A stretch of 64,000 nt of DNA from Mobula hypostoma (taxonomy: Eukaryota), in assembly GCF_963921235.1 (NCBI RefSeq), contig NC_086108.1:109246001-109310000 (forward strand), given 5' to 3'. Position 1 is the first letter of the stretch. The number at the start of each line of letters is the position of its first letter. This document shows positions 11,678 to 23,861 of the stretch, in pieces. The notes beneath the pieces are model-generated. The model was not told the origin of the DNA, did no database searches, and saw nothing but the letters and a program-made list of their open reading frames with translations. A program made the translations under genes and the position numbers.

Positions 11678-12681
11678 AGACAATAGACAATAGACAATAG
11701 GTGCAGGAGTAGGCCATTCAGCCCTTCGAGCCAGCACCACCATTCACTGTGATCATGGCTGATCATCCACAATCAGTACCCTTTTCCTGCCTCCTCCCCA
11801 TATCCCTTCACTCCGCTATCTTTAAGAGCTCTATCTAATTCTTTTTGAAAGAATCCAGAGAATTGGCCTCCACTGCCTTCTGAGGCAGAGCATTCCACAG
11901 AACCACAGCCCTCTGTGTGAAAAAGTTTTTCCTCAACTCCGTTCTAAATTGTCTACCCCTTCCAGCCGAAGTGGTTGAGGCAGGTTCGATGTTGTCAGTT
12001 AAAGTTAAATTGGATAGACATATGGACAGAAAAGGAATGGAGGGTTATGGGCTGAGTGCAGGCCGGTGGGACTAGGTGAGAGTAAGAGTTCGGCACGGAC
12101 TAGAAGGGTCGATATGGCCTGTTTCTGTGCTGTAATTGTTATATGGTTATATGGTTATTCTTAAACTGTGGCCTCTGGTTCTGGACTCACCCAACATCGG
12201 GAACATGTTTCCTGCCTCTAGCGTGTCCAATTCCTTAATAATCTTATATGTTTCAGTCGGATCCCCTCTCATCCTTCTAAATTCCAGTGTATACAACCCC
12301 AGTTGCTCCAATCTTTCAACATATGACAGTCCCGCCATCCCGGGAATTAACCTCGTGAACCTACACTGCACTCCCTCAATAGCTAGAATGTCCTTCCTCA
12401 AATCTGGAGACCAAAACTGTATACAATACTCCAGGTGTGGTCTCACCAGGGCCTTGTACAACTGCAGAAGGACCTCTTTGCTCCTATACTCAACTCCCCT
12501 TGTTATGAAGGCCAGCATGCCATTAGTTTTCTTCACTGCCTGCTGTAGCTGCATGCTTACTTTCAGTGACTGATGTTTAAGAACACCTAGATCTCGTTGC
12601 GTTGCCCTTTTCCTAACTTGACACCATTCAGATAGTAATCTGCCTTCCTGTTCTTGCCACCAAAGTGGATAACCTCACATT
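11678..12681 (-). mobile_element. CR1 LINE 3' part containing an opposite-strand CR1 tail (~11961-12155)
   Basis: ORF 12147-12554 has LYKALVRPHLEYCIQFWSP and RRMRGD; host sequence cccctt|attcttaaac is split by the insertion. Confidence 0.88.
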
Positions 12682-13650
12682 CCATCCCACCACTAAGCAC
12701 ATCTTTCCCTCCCCCCCACTGTGCATTCCGCAGGGATCGCTCCCTACGCAACTCCCTTGTCCATTCGTCCCCCCCATCCCTCCCCACTGATCTCCCTCCT
12801 GGCACTTATCCATGTAAGCGGAACAAGTGCTACACATGCCCTTACACTTCCTCCCTTACCACCATTCAGGGCCCCAAACAGTCCTTCCAGGTGAGGCGAC
12901 ACTTCACCTGTGAGTCGGCTGGGGTGATATACTGCGACCGGTGCTCCCAATGTGGCCTTTTATATATTGGCAAGACCCAACGCAGACTGGGAGACCGCTT
13001 TGCTGAACACCTACGCTTTGTCCGCCAGAGAAAGCAGGATCTCCCAGTGGCCACACATTTTAATTCCACATCCCATTCCCATTCTGACATGTCTATCCAC
13101 GGCCTCCCGTACTGTAAAGATGAAGCCACACTCAGGTTGGAGGAACAACACCTTATATTCCGCCTGGGCAGCCTCCAACCTGATGGCATGAACATCGACT
13201 TCTCTAACTTCCCCTAATGCCCCACCTCCCCCTCGTACCCCATCTGTTACTTATTTTTATACACACATTCTTTCTCTCACTCTCCTTTTTCTCCCTCTGT
13301 CTCTCTGAATATACCCCTTGCCCATCCTCTGGGTCCTCCCCCCCTCCTCCTTGTCTTTCTTCCCGGACCTCCTGTCCCATGATCCTCTCATATCCCTTTT
13401 GCCAATCACCTGTCCAGCTCTTGGCTCCATCCCTCCCCCTCCTGTCTTCTCCTATCATTTTGGATCTCCCCCTCTCCCTCCAACTTTCAAATCCCTTACT
13501 CACTCTTCCTTCAGTTAGTCCTGACGAAGGGTCTCGGCCTGAAACGTCGACTGCACCTCTTCCTAGAGATGCTGCCTGGCCTGCTGCGTTCACCAGCAAC
13601 TTGTATGTGTGTTGCTTGAATTTCCAGCATCTGCAGAATTCCTGTTGTTT
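12682..13650 (+). mobile_element. Penelope-like element (Neptune-type), 5'-truncated: GIY-YIG endonuclease end plus pLTR
   Basis: CKRNKCYTC linker, GVIYCDRCSQCGLLYIGKT (GIY-YIG), RFAEH, VATHFN, LQPDGMN; pyrimidine-rich pLTR with a hammerhead. Confidence 0.92.
13517..13552 (+). ncRNA. Minimal type I hammerhead ribozyme (intact core)
   Basis: Stem I agtc/gact, CTGACGA, stem II agg..cct, GAAA, palindromic ACGT helix III; predicted cleavage after GTC at 13548. Confidence 0.82.
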
Positions 13651-13775
13651 GCAGATTAATTAGAATATTGCCAAGACTAGAGAACTAGAGGCCAGGTCTT
13701 TATTCCTTGGAATGTAGGATCAAGTCAAGTTAAGTCAAGTTTATTGTCATTTAACTATATACCTGTATATTACAT

Positions 13776-13969
13776 GGGGTGTATGGGGTGTCAGGGAGGG
13801 GTAGCACCTCTGGTGGGGGAACATGTCGCGTCCTTTTCAGGGCGGTTAGTCCACCTTTGGTCCCCACCTGGCACTCAGCTCTCACCTGTGGCTCCCCGTA
13901 GCTGTTTGCATGCGACAGCGGCCACACCCCGGGCAACGGCTTCAACAAGCTGACTAAACCTGGTGAGGG
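13776..13969 (+). ncRNA. HDV-like self-cleaving ribozyme at the 5' end of an RTE-type element
   Basis: P1 ggggtgt/acacccc, P2 ctctcacctgt/acctggtgaggg, P3 ggc/gcc, L3 starting TCC, J1/4 GG then GCAAC, P4 ggctt/aagct, J4/2 gaCtaa. Confidence 0.72.
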
Positions 13970-14145
13970 TAGCCGACGGGTCTCAAACCCTCGGTGAGAT
14001 AGGGAGTTGTCTATCCCAACATGTGAAGACAGACTCCGGCGGATTGAGCGGACGAGACCAATGGAAGGTCCAACGGTCAAGAAGGCGGTCTCTGCAAGCG
14101 TCGTGGAACGTGTAGAGCAGGACAAGACACAGAAGACCTGCGATA
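13776..14145 (+). mobile_element. RTE-type element 5' region, inserted in a Rex1-like tail
   Basis: Homologous to 42925-43315 (minus strand); begins at ribozyme P1. Confidence 0.65.
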
Positions 14146-15274
14146 CATTGAATACGATGAGTCCGGGAGTTCAGAAGCCTAATAACCTGGGGGGGTGAGA
14201 CTGTTTCTCATCCTGACGGTCGTCTCCTGCCTATGGTAGAAAATCAAAGAGGATCGTTAGTAATACTAAGGCCCTGTATCGCTCCAGATAAATGTCCCCG
14301 ATGGATGATAGGGAGACCCCAATGATCCTCTCAGCTGTTCTCACAGTCCTTTGTAGGGACTTCTGGCCTGTTGCTCAACTGCTCCCATACCAAATGGAGA
14401 TGCAACTTGTGAGCTCTCAATGATGCTCCTGTAAGACGCAGTAAGATGGGGGAGGGGCTGAGGGGGGCTTTGCTTGCTTCAGTTGTCTTAGGAAGTGGAG
14501 GCGCTGCTGTGCATTCTTGTTCAGGGAGGTGTTATTAAGGGACCAGCTGAGGTCGTCCAAGGCAAACAAGAGAAAACCTGCAGATGCTGGAAATCCACGC
14601 TCTTTTCCAGAGATGCTGCCTGGCCTGCTGAGTTCATCCAGCGTTTTGCGTGTGTTGTGAAGTCATCCATGAGGTGAACTTCCAGGAAATATGGAGGGGC
14701 CATGTATTCGCAGAGGGTGTTTGTCTGTCTGCACCTTCCTGAAGTCCACAAAGGGTTCCTTTGTCTTAATGAGGATAATGATGAGCAACTTTATATAGGG
14801 TTATAAAATCAAGAAGGGCATAGATGAGCACTTGTAATGGTAGGCGATACAGTGGGTGTTCACCCGTAGGGTCTGAGGGAAAGCTCACCTGCTGAGATAG
14901 TGACAAAGGATCATCTGCCAACATGAAGTAATAGCTCCTTCACCAGAACAAAGTTCTAAATCACACACAACATGTCTCCGGGAATGAAACATGGACAAGT
15001 ACAATCCCGTAACTCAGATATGAGCCATTCAGCACTAACTTTGCTCAGATTGTGTGCACGCAGTCACGTACATACTATATATACTCACAGATTTTATGAC
15101 ATATGCCGGAGATACTGAACGCTGATTCTGGTTCTGATTACGTATACACACTCACACAAACACACACACACACAAGTGCTTTGATAATGTACAGTATGTA
15201 TCCACAAACTCACTTTCACACTCACAGACACACCCAGAAATTCAGACAAACACACTCTTACACAAACACAAGCA

Positions 15275-15290
15275 CGCGCGCGCACGCGCG

Positions 15291-15332
<42 letters not shown>
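15275..15332. repeat. (CG)/(CA)n microsatellite
   Basis: Direct reading. Confidence 0.95.
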
Positions 15333-15334
<2 letters not shown>

Positions 15335-15674
15335 GGCACAGATTTGTTTAATGAGAGAAACCACATTAATATGTTATCTAGCTGTGCCTGGGCACAGTGT
15401 TCACGTTGTGTTATTGAACCCTGTGATTTTTTTTAATTAAAGTGCTGGGTAGGAGTTTCTAAGGAGACAGAATGAAGCCCTGCTTTGCATATGATGACAT
15501 CCAATAACAAGTCAGGTGTATTTTCTGCAAAGTTAATAATTCCTAACCTCTGGAATCAGAGGAGGATCTACGTACAATGAGCTACTTTCCAGCCACCAAC
15601 ACAGTGTTGTGCATGCTGATATTCACTGCCTGGCAGCCTGCTCCCAATATCACCATGATCAAATTCTGATCCCA

Positions 15675-17630
15675 CAAGACCATAAGACGCAGGCCATTCG
15701 GCCCATTGAGTCTGCCCTGCCATTCCATCAGTGCTGATTTATTGCCCCTCTTAATCCCATTCTCCTGCCTTCTTCCCGTAACTTTTGACACCCTGACTAA
15801 TCAAAAATCCATCAACCTCCACTTTAAATATACCCAATGACTTGGCCTCCACAGCAATCTGCGGCAGTGTATTCCACAGATTCACTGCCATCTGGCTAAG
15901 GAAATTCCTTCTCATCTCTGTTCTAAATGGACATCCCTCTAGTCTGAGGCTGTGTCCTCTGGTTCTAAACTCACCCACTATAGTTGACATCCTCTCCACA
16001 TCTATTCAAACTAGGTCTTTCAATATTCAATAGTTTTCAATTAGATCACCCCTCATTCTTCAGTCACAAAGCCATCAAATGCTCTTTATACATGAACCTT
16101 TCATTCCTAGAATCATTCTCGTGAACCTTCTCCGACCCCTTTCCAATGCCAGAACATTCTTTCTTAGAGAAGGGGCCCCGAACTACTCACAATGCTCCAA
16201 GTGCGGTCAGACCAATGCCTTATTAAACCTCAACATTACATCCTTGCTTTTATATTCTAGTCCTTTTGAAATGAATGCTAACATTGTATTTGTCTTCTTC
16301 ACCACTGAACCACCTGCAAATTAACCTTTAAGGAATCCAGCACAAGGACTCCCAAATCCCATGGCACCTCTGATTTTTGATTATTCTCCCCACTTAAAAA
16401 ATAGTCTACACCTTTATTCCTGCTATCGAAGCTCATGACCATATACTTCCTGACACTGTATTCCATTCTTCCTTCTGCAGACTCCTTGCTTCCTCAACAC
16501 TAGCTATTTTTGAATTGTTTGCAAACTTGGCCACAAAGCCATCAAATTCCATCATCCAAATCATTCACATATAACGTAAAAAGAAGCAGTCCCAACACCG
16601 ACCACTGCAGAACACCACTAGTCACCAACAGCCAACTAGAAAAAGGCTTCCTTTATTCCCACTCTGCCTCCTGCCAATCAGCCAATCTTCCATCCACGCC
16701 TGCATATTTCCTGTAATACCATAGGCATTTATCTTATTAGGCAGCCTCATGTGCAGCATCTTATCAAAGACCTTCTGAAAATCCAAATACACAACATCCA
16801 CTGACTCTCCTTTGTCTATCCTGCCTGTTATTTCCTCAGAAAATTGCAACAGATTTGTTAGGCAAGTTTTCCCCTTAAAGAACCAAGCCGACTTTGGCCT
16901 ATTTTATCATGTGCCTCCAAGTACCCCGAAATTTCATTCTTGACAATGGACTTCAACATTTTAACAACCTCTGAAGTCAGGCTAACTGGTTAAAATTTCC
17001 TTTCTTCTGCCTCTCTCCCTTCTTAAAGAGTGGAGTGACATTTGCAATTTTCCAGTCCTCCAGAACCATGCCAGAAGCTAGTGATTCTTGAAAGATCATT
17101 ACTAATGCCTCCCTAATCTCTTCAACTATCTCTTTCAGACCCCTTGGATGTAGTCCAGCTAGTCCAGGTGACTTATCTACCTTCAGACCCTTCATTTTCC
17201 CAAGCACCTTCTTCTTAGTAATAGTAACTAAACGCACTTCTACTCCCTGACACTTTCAAATTTCCGGCATACTGCAACTGTCCTTCGCAGCGAAGACTGA
17301 CGCAAAATATTTATTAAGTTCATCTGCCATTTCTTTGTCCTCCATTACTACATCTCCAGTGTCAATTTTCCTGTGGTCTTATAACACTCTTTTACTCCTT
17401 CTATATTTGAAAAACCTTTTGGTGTCCACTTTTATATTATTGGCTAGCTTACTTTCATATTTCATCTTTTCTCTCCCTCTGGCTTTGTTAGTTGCCTTCT
17501 GTTGGTTGTTAAAAACTTCCCAATCTTATAACTCCCCTCTAATCTTTGCTATATTCTATATCCTCTCCTTTGCTTTATGCTGTCTTTGACTTCCCTTGTC
17601 AGCCACGTTTCCTCATCCTCCCTTTAGAAT
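15675..17630 (-). mobile_element. CR1 LINE, decayed ORF2 plus 3' end
   Basis: KSPGLAGLHPR, DWKIANVTPLFKKG, VYLDFQKVFDK, RRNFLSQ. Confidence 0.9.
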
Positions 17631-17984
17631 ACTAAATTTCCTAGAACGGCAAACCCCTTGTATGTGCTCACATACTAAGATCTGTCTTACCTTGAGCAGG
17701 ACCCCAGGTGAGAACTTCTGCTAGGAAGCCACTAACGTCCTTGCCAATCACTAATAGTACTAAAGTGCACTCACAGCTGGTGAAGCCATGCCCCCAGGCT
17801 AAACCTCCTGCCAGGCATCAGGAATATTAATACATTTCTCTGACATGCACAATGATTGAAAAACCATCTAAAAGTAAACATTAAAACCCACTTAAATACA
17901 TTTAAATTATTTAGTTTCAGAATCTGATTCAAATAATCACAGCCTATAGATTCACTTTCAAGGACTCTACAAGTCATATCCTCT

Positions 17985-18170
17985 ATATTATCTATCTACC
18001 TATATCTATCTATCTAGCTGTCTATCCATCTATTTATCTATCTATATATCTACATATATCTCCCTCTATCTATTTATCACTCTATCCATCTAGCTATTTA
18101 TTTATCTATCCATCTACCTATCTCTCTATCCCACTCTTTCTATATCTCTAGCCATCAATCTATCTCTTTA
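17985..18170. repeat. Degenerate (TCTA)n repeat
   Basis: Direct reading. Confidence 0.85.
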
Positions 18171-18174
18171 TTTA

Positions 18175-18745
18175 CAAACAAGAAAACATCTGCTGATGCA
18201 GGAAATCCAAGCTACACACACAAAATGCTGGAGGAACTCAGCAGGCCAGGCAGCATCTATGGAAAAGAGTACAGTTGATGTTTCGGGCCGAGACCCTTCA
18301 TCAGGACGGGAGGAAAAAAGTTGAGGAGTCAGAGTTAGAAGGTTGGGGTAGGGGAGGAAGAAACGCAAGGTGAGAGGTGGCACTGGGAGGAGGCAGGGTG
18401 AAGTAAACAGCTGGGAAGTTGATTAGTAAAAGAGATGCAGGGCTGGAGAAGGGTGAATCTAATAGGAGAGGACAGAAGGTCATGGAAGAAAGAACAAAGG
18501 AGAGGAGCACCAGAGGGAGGCAATGGGCAGATAAGGTGAGAGAGGGAAAAGGGGATAAGGAATAGAGGTGGGGGGGCATTACCAGAAGTTTGAGAAGTCG
18601 ATGTTCATGCCATCAGGTTGAAGGCTACCCAGATGGAACATAAGGTGTTGCTACTCCAGCCTGAGTGTGGCCTCATCAGAACAGCAAGAGAAGTCCATGG
18701 ATGGATATGTCGGAATGGGAATGGGAAGTGGAATTATAATTGGAG
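18175..18745 (-). mobile_element. Penelope-like element 3' part with degenerate hammerhead (~18273-18307)
   Basis: Minus strand has gtcctgatgaagggtctcggcccgaaacatcaact and an LQPDGMN remnant. Confidence 0.85.
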
Positions 18746-19929
18746 GCCATCTATTTATTTCTTGGTTTATCTATTTATTGATGTATTTACTTGCAGTATT
18801 TATGCATCATTCACATGATCCACCCTCATTTGTACATTGGATGTTTGTCAGCCTTTGTAATGCATAGTTTTTCATAAATTCTATTGTATTTATTTATTTT
18901 CCTGTAAATCTTTGCGAGAGAGTGAATTTCAGGGTTGTATATAGTGACACATATGTATTTTGATAATTAATTTACTTTGAACTTTATTACATGTACATCA
19001 AGGTATACAGTGAAGTGTGTCATTGGCGTTAACAACAAACACACCCGTGGACAGTCTGAAAGCTTTGCCACACATTCACACCAGCGCAATATGCCCACAA
19101 TGCTTGGCAGAACAACACAGAACGTAACAAGACAGAACACATCAAGTAACAAAGCAGCAACAGTGAAACTATGTGTAAAAAACATCTGCCTTTGACACCT
19201 TCTGCCAATTAGCCAGTTCTGCCCTAGGAAAATGTCTCTGGCTGTCCACTTGATTTATGCCTCTTATCATCTTGAACACCTCTATCAAGTCACCATTCAT
19301 CTTCCTTCACTCCAAAGTGAAACGCCCTAGCTCGCTCTACCTGTCCTCATAAGAGGTGCTCTCTAAATCCAGGCAGCGTCCTGGTAAATCTCCTCTGCAC
19401 CACATCCTTCCTATAATGAGATGACCAGAACTGAACACAATATTCCAAGGACAACACAGAACATAGAAATCTACAGCACATTTCAGGCCCTTCGGCCCAC
19501 AATGTTGTGCCGACCACGTAACCTAAGACTGTGGGGAAAAAGGGAGATCAGAAAGGTAAGGTCACCACCATGGTAGCATACTGGTTAACGCAACACTATT
19601 ACAGCTCGCAACATGCTAGAGCTTTGAGTTCAATTCCGGCACTGTCTGGAAGGAGTTTGCACATCCTCCCAATGAGTGTGTGGTCCATTTTGTGGTCCAA
19701 AAATGTACCGGTTACTAGGTTAACAGATCATCCCAAAGCATCCCATGAATTCGCCAGTGTCAAATAGATGGTTTGCTGAGGACGATTTTTTAACCAGGAG
19801 GAGAGATCAATGCTCATGCCATTGGGTTGGAGGCTACCCAGACGGAGTATAAGGTGTTTTTCCTCCACGATGAGGGTGACCTCTTCATGGCACAAGAGGA
19901 GGCCATGGGCTGACATCTCAGAATGGGAA

Positions 19930-20530
19930 TCAGCAAGGACCTCATGTGCTCTGTACACACCAGCTGTGTGGTGAAAAAGGCACAAAAGCATCTCTTCCAC
20001 CTCAGGCGTTTGAGGAAGTTTGGTATGGGCCCCAAAATCCTAAGAACCTTCTACAGGGGCACAATTGAGAGCATCCTGACTGGCTGTACCACTGCCTGGT
20101 ATGGTAACTGTACCTCCCTTAATCGCAGGACTCTGCAGAGAGTGGTGCGGACAGCCCGGCGCATCTGTAGTTGTGAACTTCCCATGATTCAGGACATTTA
20201 CAAAGACAGGTGTGTAAAACGGGCCCATCGGATCATTGGGGACTCGAGTCACACCAACTACGATCTATTCCAGCTTCTACCATCCGGGAAGCGATACTAC
20301 AGCATAAAAGCCAGGATCAACAGGCTCCAGGACAGCTTCTTCCACCAGGTCATCAGACTGATTAACTCACGCTGATTTGAGTGTACTCTATATTACATTG
20401 GCTGTTCTATATATTATAAATGATTAGAAATTACTATGGCTGCACATTTAGATGGAGAAGTAACGTAAGGATTTTTACTCCTCATGTATATGAAGGACGT
20501 AAGAAATAAAGTCAATTCAATTCAATTCAA
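19930..20530 (+). mobile_element. Rex1/Babar LINE 3' end
   Basis: VKKAQKHLFHLRRLRKFG, FYRGTIESILTGC..AWYGN, LLPSGKRY; (TCAAT)n tail. Confidence 0.88.
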
Positions 20531-21758
20531 ATCTGAAGTATGGCCTCGCCTGGAGGGACTGTTTGGGGCCCTGAATGGAGGTGAGGGAGGAGGTGAATGG
20601 GCAGGTGGAGCTCTTAGGTCACTTGCAGGGATAAGTGCTGGGAAGGAGAGTGGTGGGGAGAGACGAGTGGACAAGGGACTCCCAGCAGGAGCAATCCCTG
20701 CGTAAAGCGGAGAATGGAGGGGGTTATGAGGTTCTGCCATTGAGAGCGGTGTCATCACTGAATTTATAGATGGTGTTTGAGCTGCGCCATGTCACACGGT
20801 CATGGCTACAGAACAAGTAGAGCTGTGTACTCAGCACGCATTCTTGAGGTGTGCCCGTGTTGATCATCAACACTGTTTTGATCTGCTCCGTGATCAAAGG
20901 CCAGAGACATAGATATGGACTGATGGACATCTCTGAATGGCCAGCAGACCAGTGAGGGTAGGGGCTGGTACCCCTCCCAGGTCAATGAGCACGAGTTGGC
21001 AGCAGGTCCCAGAATTGGAGATCTGTGCAGAGAGCAGGCACGAGGGCTGGTGACTCCCTAGGTACATTTGAGGCCTATTGCCCAGTGTTCTGATGGTCGG
21101 AATGTCTGGAGTTGAAGGCTTGGAGTTTGGGGTCCTCATACAGGGTCCTTACTCATTGTCATTGGCAAATCCTGGGATCGAACCCCAAAGGTCAATTTGA
21201 AGTCCGATAGACGTGATGGTTAGAGCCCTGGCCTGTGAGTTTGTATATCTACTGGGGTAGCTGAAGACCCAATGGCTGCAAGTCTGGGTCCACTGGAAGC
21301 TGGAGGCCGGAGACCCGGAGGCAGCCTGTCCTGGGGTTGGCACCAGAATGTGTTGCCCCCAGGCCCCAGCACATCCTTAGGTTGTGTTAGTTGTTAACAC
21401 AGAATGGCATTTCACTGTATATTTCGATGTACATGGGACAAATAAAAGCTAATCATCAGCAAGGAGAAACTGTTATCACCCATTCAGCTCTGGATACTCT
21501 TGGATATAAATCCCCTAGACCTGGAAAAGGTGACCTCAAACTGCTGTGAGAGGTTGGATATGAGTCCAAGGAGATGAATCAGAACCAGGTTTAATATCAC
21601 TGGCATATGTTGCAAAATTTGTTGTTTTGCAGCATCATTACATTGCAATTAACTATTTAAAATCTATAAATTACATTAAGAAATATATATTTGTATGTAT
21701 AAGTAAATAAATAGTGTAAAAAAAGCGGAAAAAAAAAGAGGTAGTGTATATGCATTGT

Positions 21759-22019
21759 AACTGGCTGGTGGTGCAGTGACATCAGCGCCAGACTCCGGAG
21801 CGAAGGTTCCCGAGTTCAAATCCAGTCGGGCCGCTCCCGGGCACGCTTTCCATCCGTGACGGGCTGAGTGTCGAGCTCGCAACTCGGCCTCTTAAAAAAA
21901 GGCTGCTCTGTGAGAAGGACGTGGGGGACCACTCATAGAATCTTTCCTCCAAGACAACCACTTGAAAAAATGGTCGCTGAGGCTCTGTCAGAGTATGGCA
22001 CACAAAAACAAAGAAAAAC
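21759..22019 (+). mobile_element. tRNA-headed bipartite SINE with 9-bp TSD
   Basis: TSD atgcattgt at 21750-21758 and 22020-22028; B box gagttcaaatcc; internal and terminal A-rich runs. Confidence 0.85.
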
Positions 22020-22104
22020 ATGCATTGTGGTCCATTCCGAAATCTGATGGCAGAGGGGATAAAGCTGTTCATAAAATGTGTGGGTGTGTATATATGTGCG
22101 TGCA

Positions 22105-22109
22105 TGCGT

Positions 22110-22169
<60 letters not shown>

Positions 22170-22178
22170 GCGTGTGTA
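22105..22178. repeat. (TG)n microsatellite
   Basis: Direct reading. Confidence 0.95.
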
Positions 22179-23379
22179 TGTCCTAAAACATTGTGTGTGT
22201 CTTCGGGCTCCTTGATGGTAGCAATGAGATGAGTCGTGTCCTGGGTGATGGAGGTCTGTAGTGATGGGTGCCGCCTTTTTGAGGCATCGCTTTTTGAGGA
22301 TGTCCTCAGTGCTGGGGAGGCCGGTGCCCATGATGGATCTGGCTGAAATATGCAACTTTCTGCAGCTCTTTCCAGTTCTGGGCAGTGGCCCCTCCATACC
22401 AGACGGCGATGCAATTGGTCAGGATGCTCTCCATGGTACAGCTGTAAAAATTTGTGAAAGTATTGATAGAGCCAGAAATCCAGTGCTCTAACTCCCTCCT
22501 CACCTGCCTTCATACCACAGCATTCCCCCTGCACTTCAATCCGGGAATATACAAGCAAGCTCCCTTTGAATCAATCTCAGCTGACAATACAACTTTAAAT
22601 CAAGGTCGGAATGATAACTTGTTCTCCTTCATTTAATAAGTCAGGGTTGGCTTGTCAGATCACCAACTGAGGGTTTTATATTTCTGCTTTAAAGTAATAG
22701 GTTAAACTGACATCAGTGTCATTCACACACTTACAGCCCCGTCTCAAATGTGAGGTCTTCAGGGATTTGTACTGTGGTGATACATTAGGCAAGACTTGTA
22801 TTGCTGTACCAATGGGTTTTATATTGTATTAACCAACATTACAGATCTCTTTTCAGCATTACACTGCATATACATCACTCTGATATGTCTCTGTCAACCC
22901 GATGGGCTTAACTGCTTAAAGGTATATTTATAGTGAGGATCTACAAGTTACTGCAGCCTAAATTCAGTTTATCTTTGGTAAATGACTGAGTGCATTAGTA
23001 GTGGCTTTAATCAAATTTGTGACAGATGAGTTTCTGTACAAGTTGTTGTTATCATTAATCTGATGTTCTCTTAGCTTCTGTTGTAGACGGTCAACTAATA
23101 TTGTGTGTGACAACACTCGATAAAAATAAGTTCAAGTGAAATGGGTTGAGTAAAGAATTACCATGATATATGAGAGAGTAGAGACAGTGCAGAGCACATC
23201 CCAGATGAGCCTCATCACTCATCCTGGCTTCCCGCTGCTTGAAAAGTTCTCCATCATTTCCCAAAGGAGGAACGGAAAAAGGTTGTGATGTCCACGTTTG
23301 TCATCTTTCATCATTGGGGTGTGGACAAAGCTCATATATACATTCACTCTTTCATTGATTCACACATACATTCATCCTG

Positions 23380-23860
23380 TTGTTTATTGATTTACTTACA
23401 TGTTTATTTGTTTATTTATTTATCTTTGTTGTTTATTCATTAATTCATTCATCCATTTATTGATTTACTTGTTTATTTGTTTATCTATCTAACCATCTTT
23501 TCATTTATATTTCAATCAAATTATTAATGTACTCATTTGTGCTTCTATCGATATATCTATCGATCTATCAATCTATTTATTTATTCAATCATTCATTAAC
23601 TTATTTTTTTTTCTAATTATTTATTACCTGCTTACTCACCTGCTTGTTTGATTTATTTATTTTCCCATCTATCTATCTACCTCTTTCTCCCTCTCACTCC
23701 CTATCTCTCAATCACTCTCTCTCATTCTCTCTCTATCTCTCCCTTTCATTCTGTCTCTCTATATATCTCTCAATCTCTCCCTATCTCTTTATCTGTCTAT
23801 GCCTCTATCCCATTTTCACTATCTCTCTCTCTTTCTATCTAGCTATCTCTGTCTAACTAT
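23380..23860. repeat. Low-complexity (TTTA)/(TCTA)/(TC) tract
   Basis: Direct reading. Confidence 0.85.
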
Positions 23861-23861
23861 T

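Noticed and set aside
13204..13663. ORFs across the PLE pLTR (similar ORFs at 41276-41769, 50114-51194, 54744-55136)
   Set aside because: Purine/pyrimidine-skewed low-complexity sequence that lacks stop codons by composition.
14889..14956. Minus-strand 68-nt exon candidate (and a + strand candidate ending at 43620)
   Set aside because: Weak acceptors and unrecognisable peptides; expected by chance.
17691..17867. Minus-strand exon candidate (tttag ... caag|gtaaga)
   Set aside because: All three frames contain stops over the full length, and the shorter variant gives no recognisable protein.
21782..22558. 258-aa ORF and overlapping His/Thr- or Cys/Val-rich ORFs
   Set aside because: Read-through of Rex1 debris, (TG)n and a SINE; compositional artefact.
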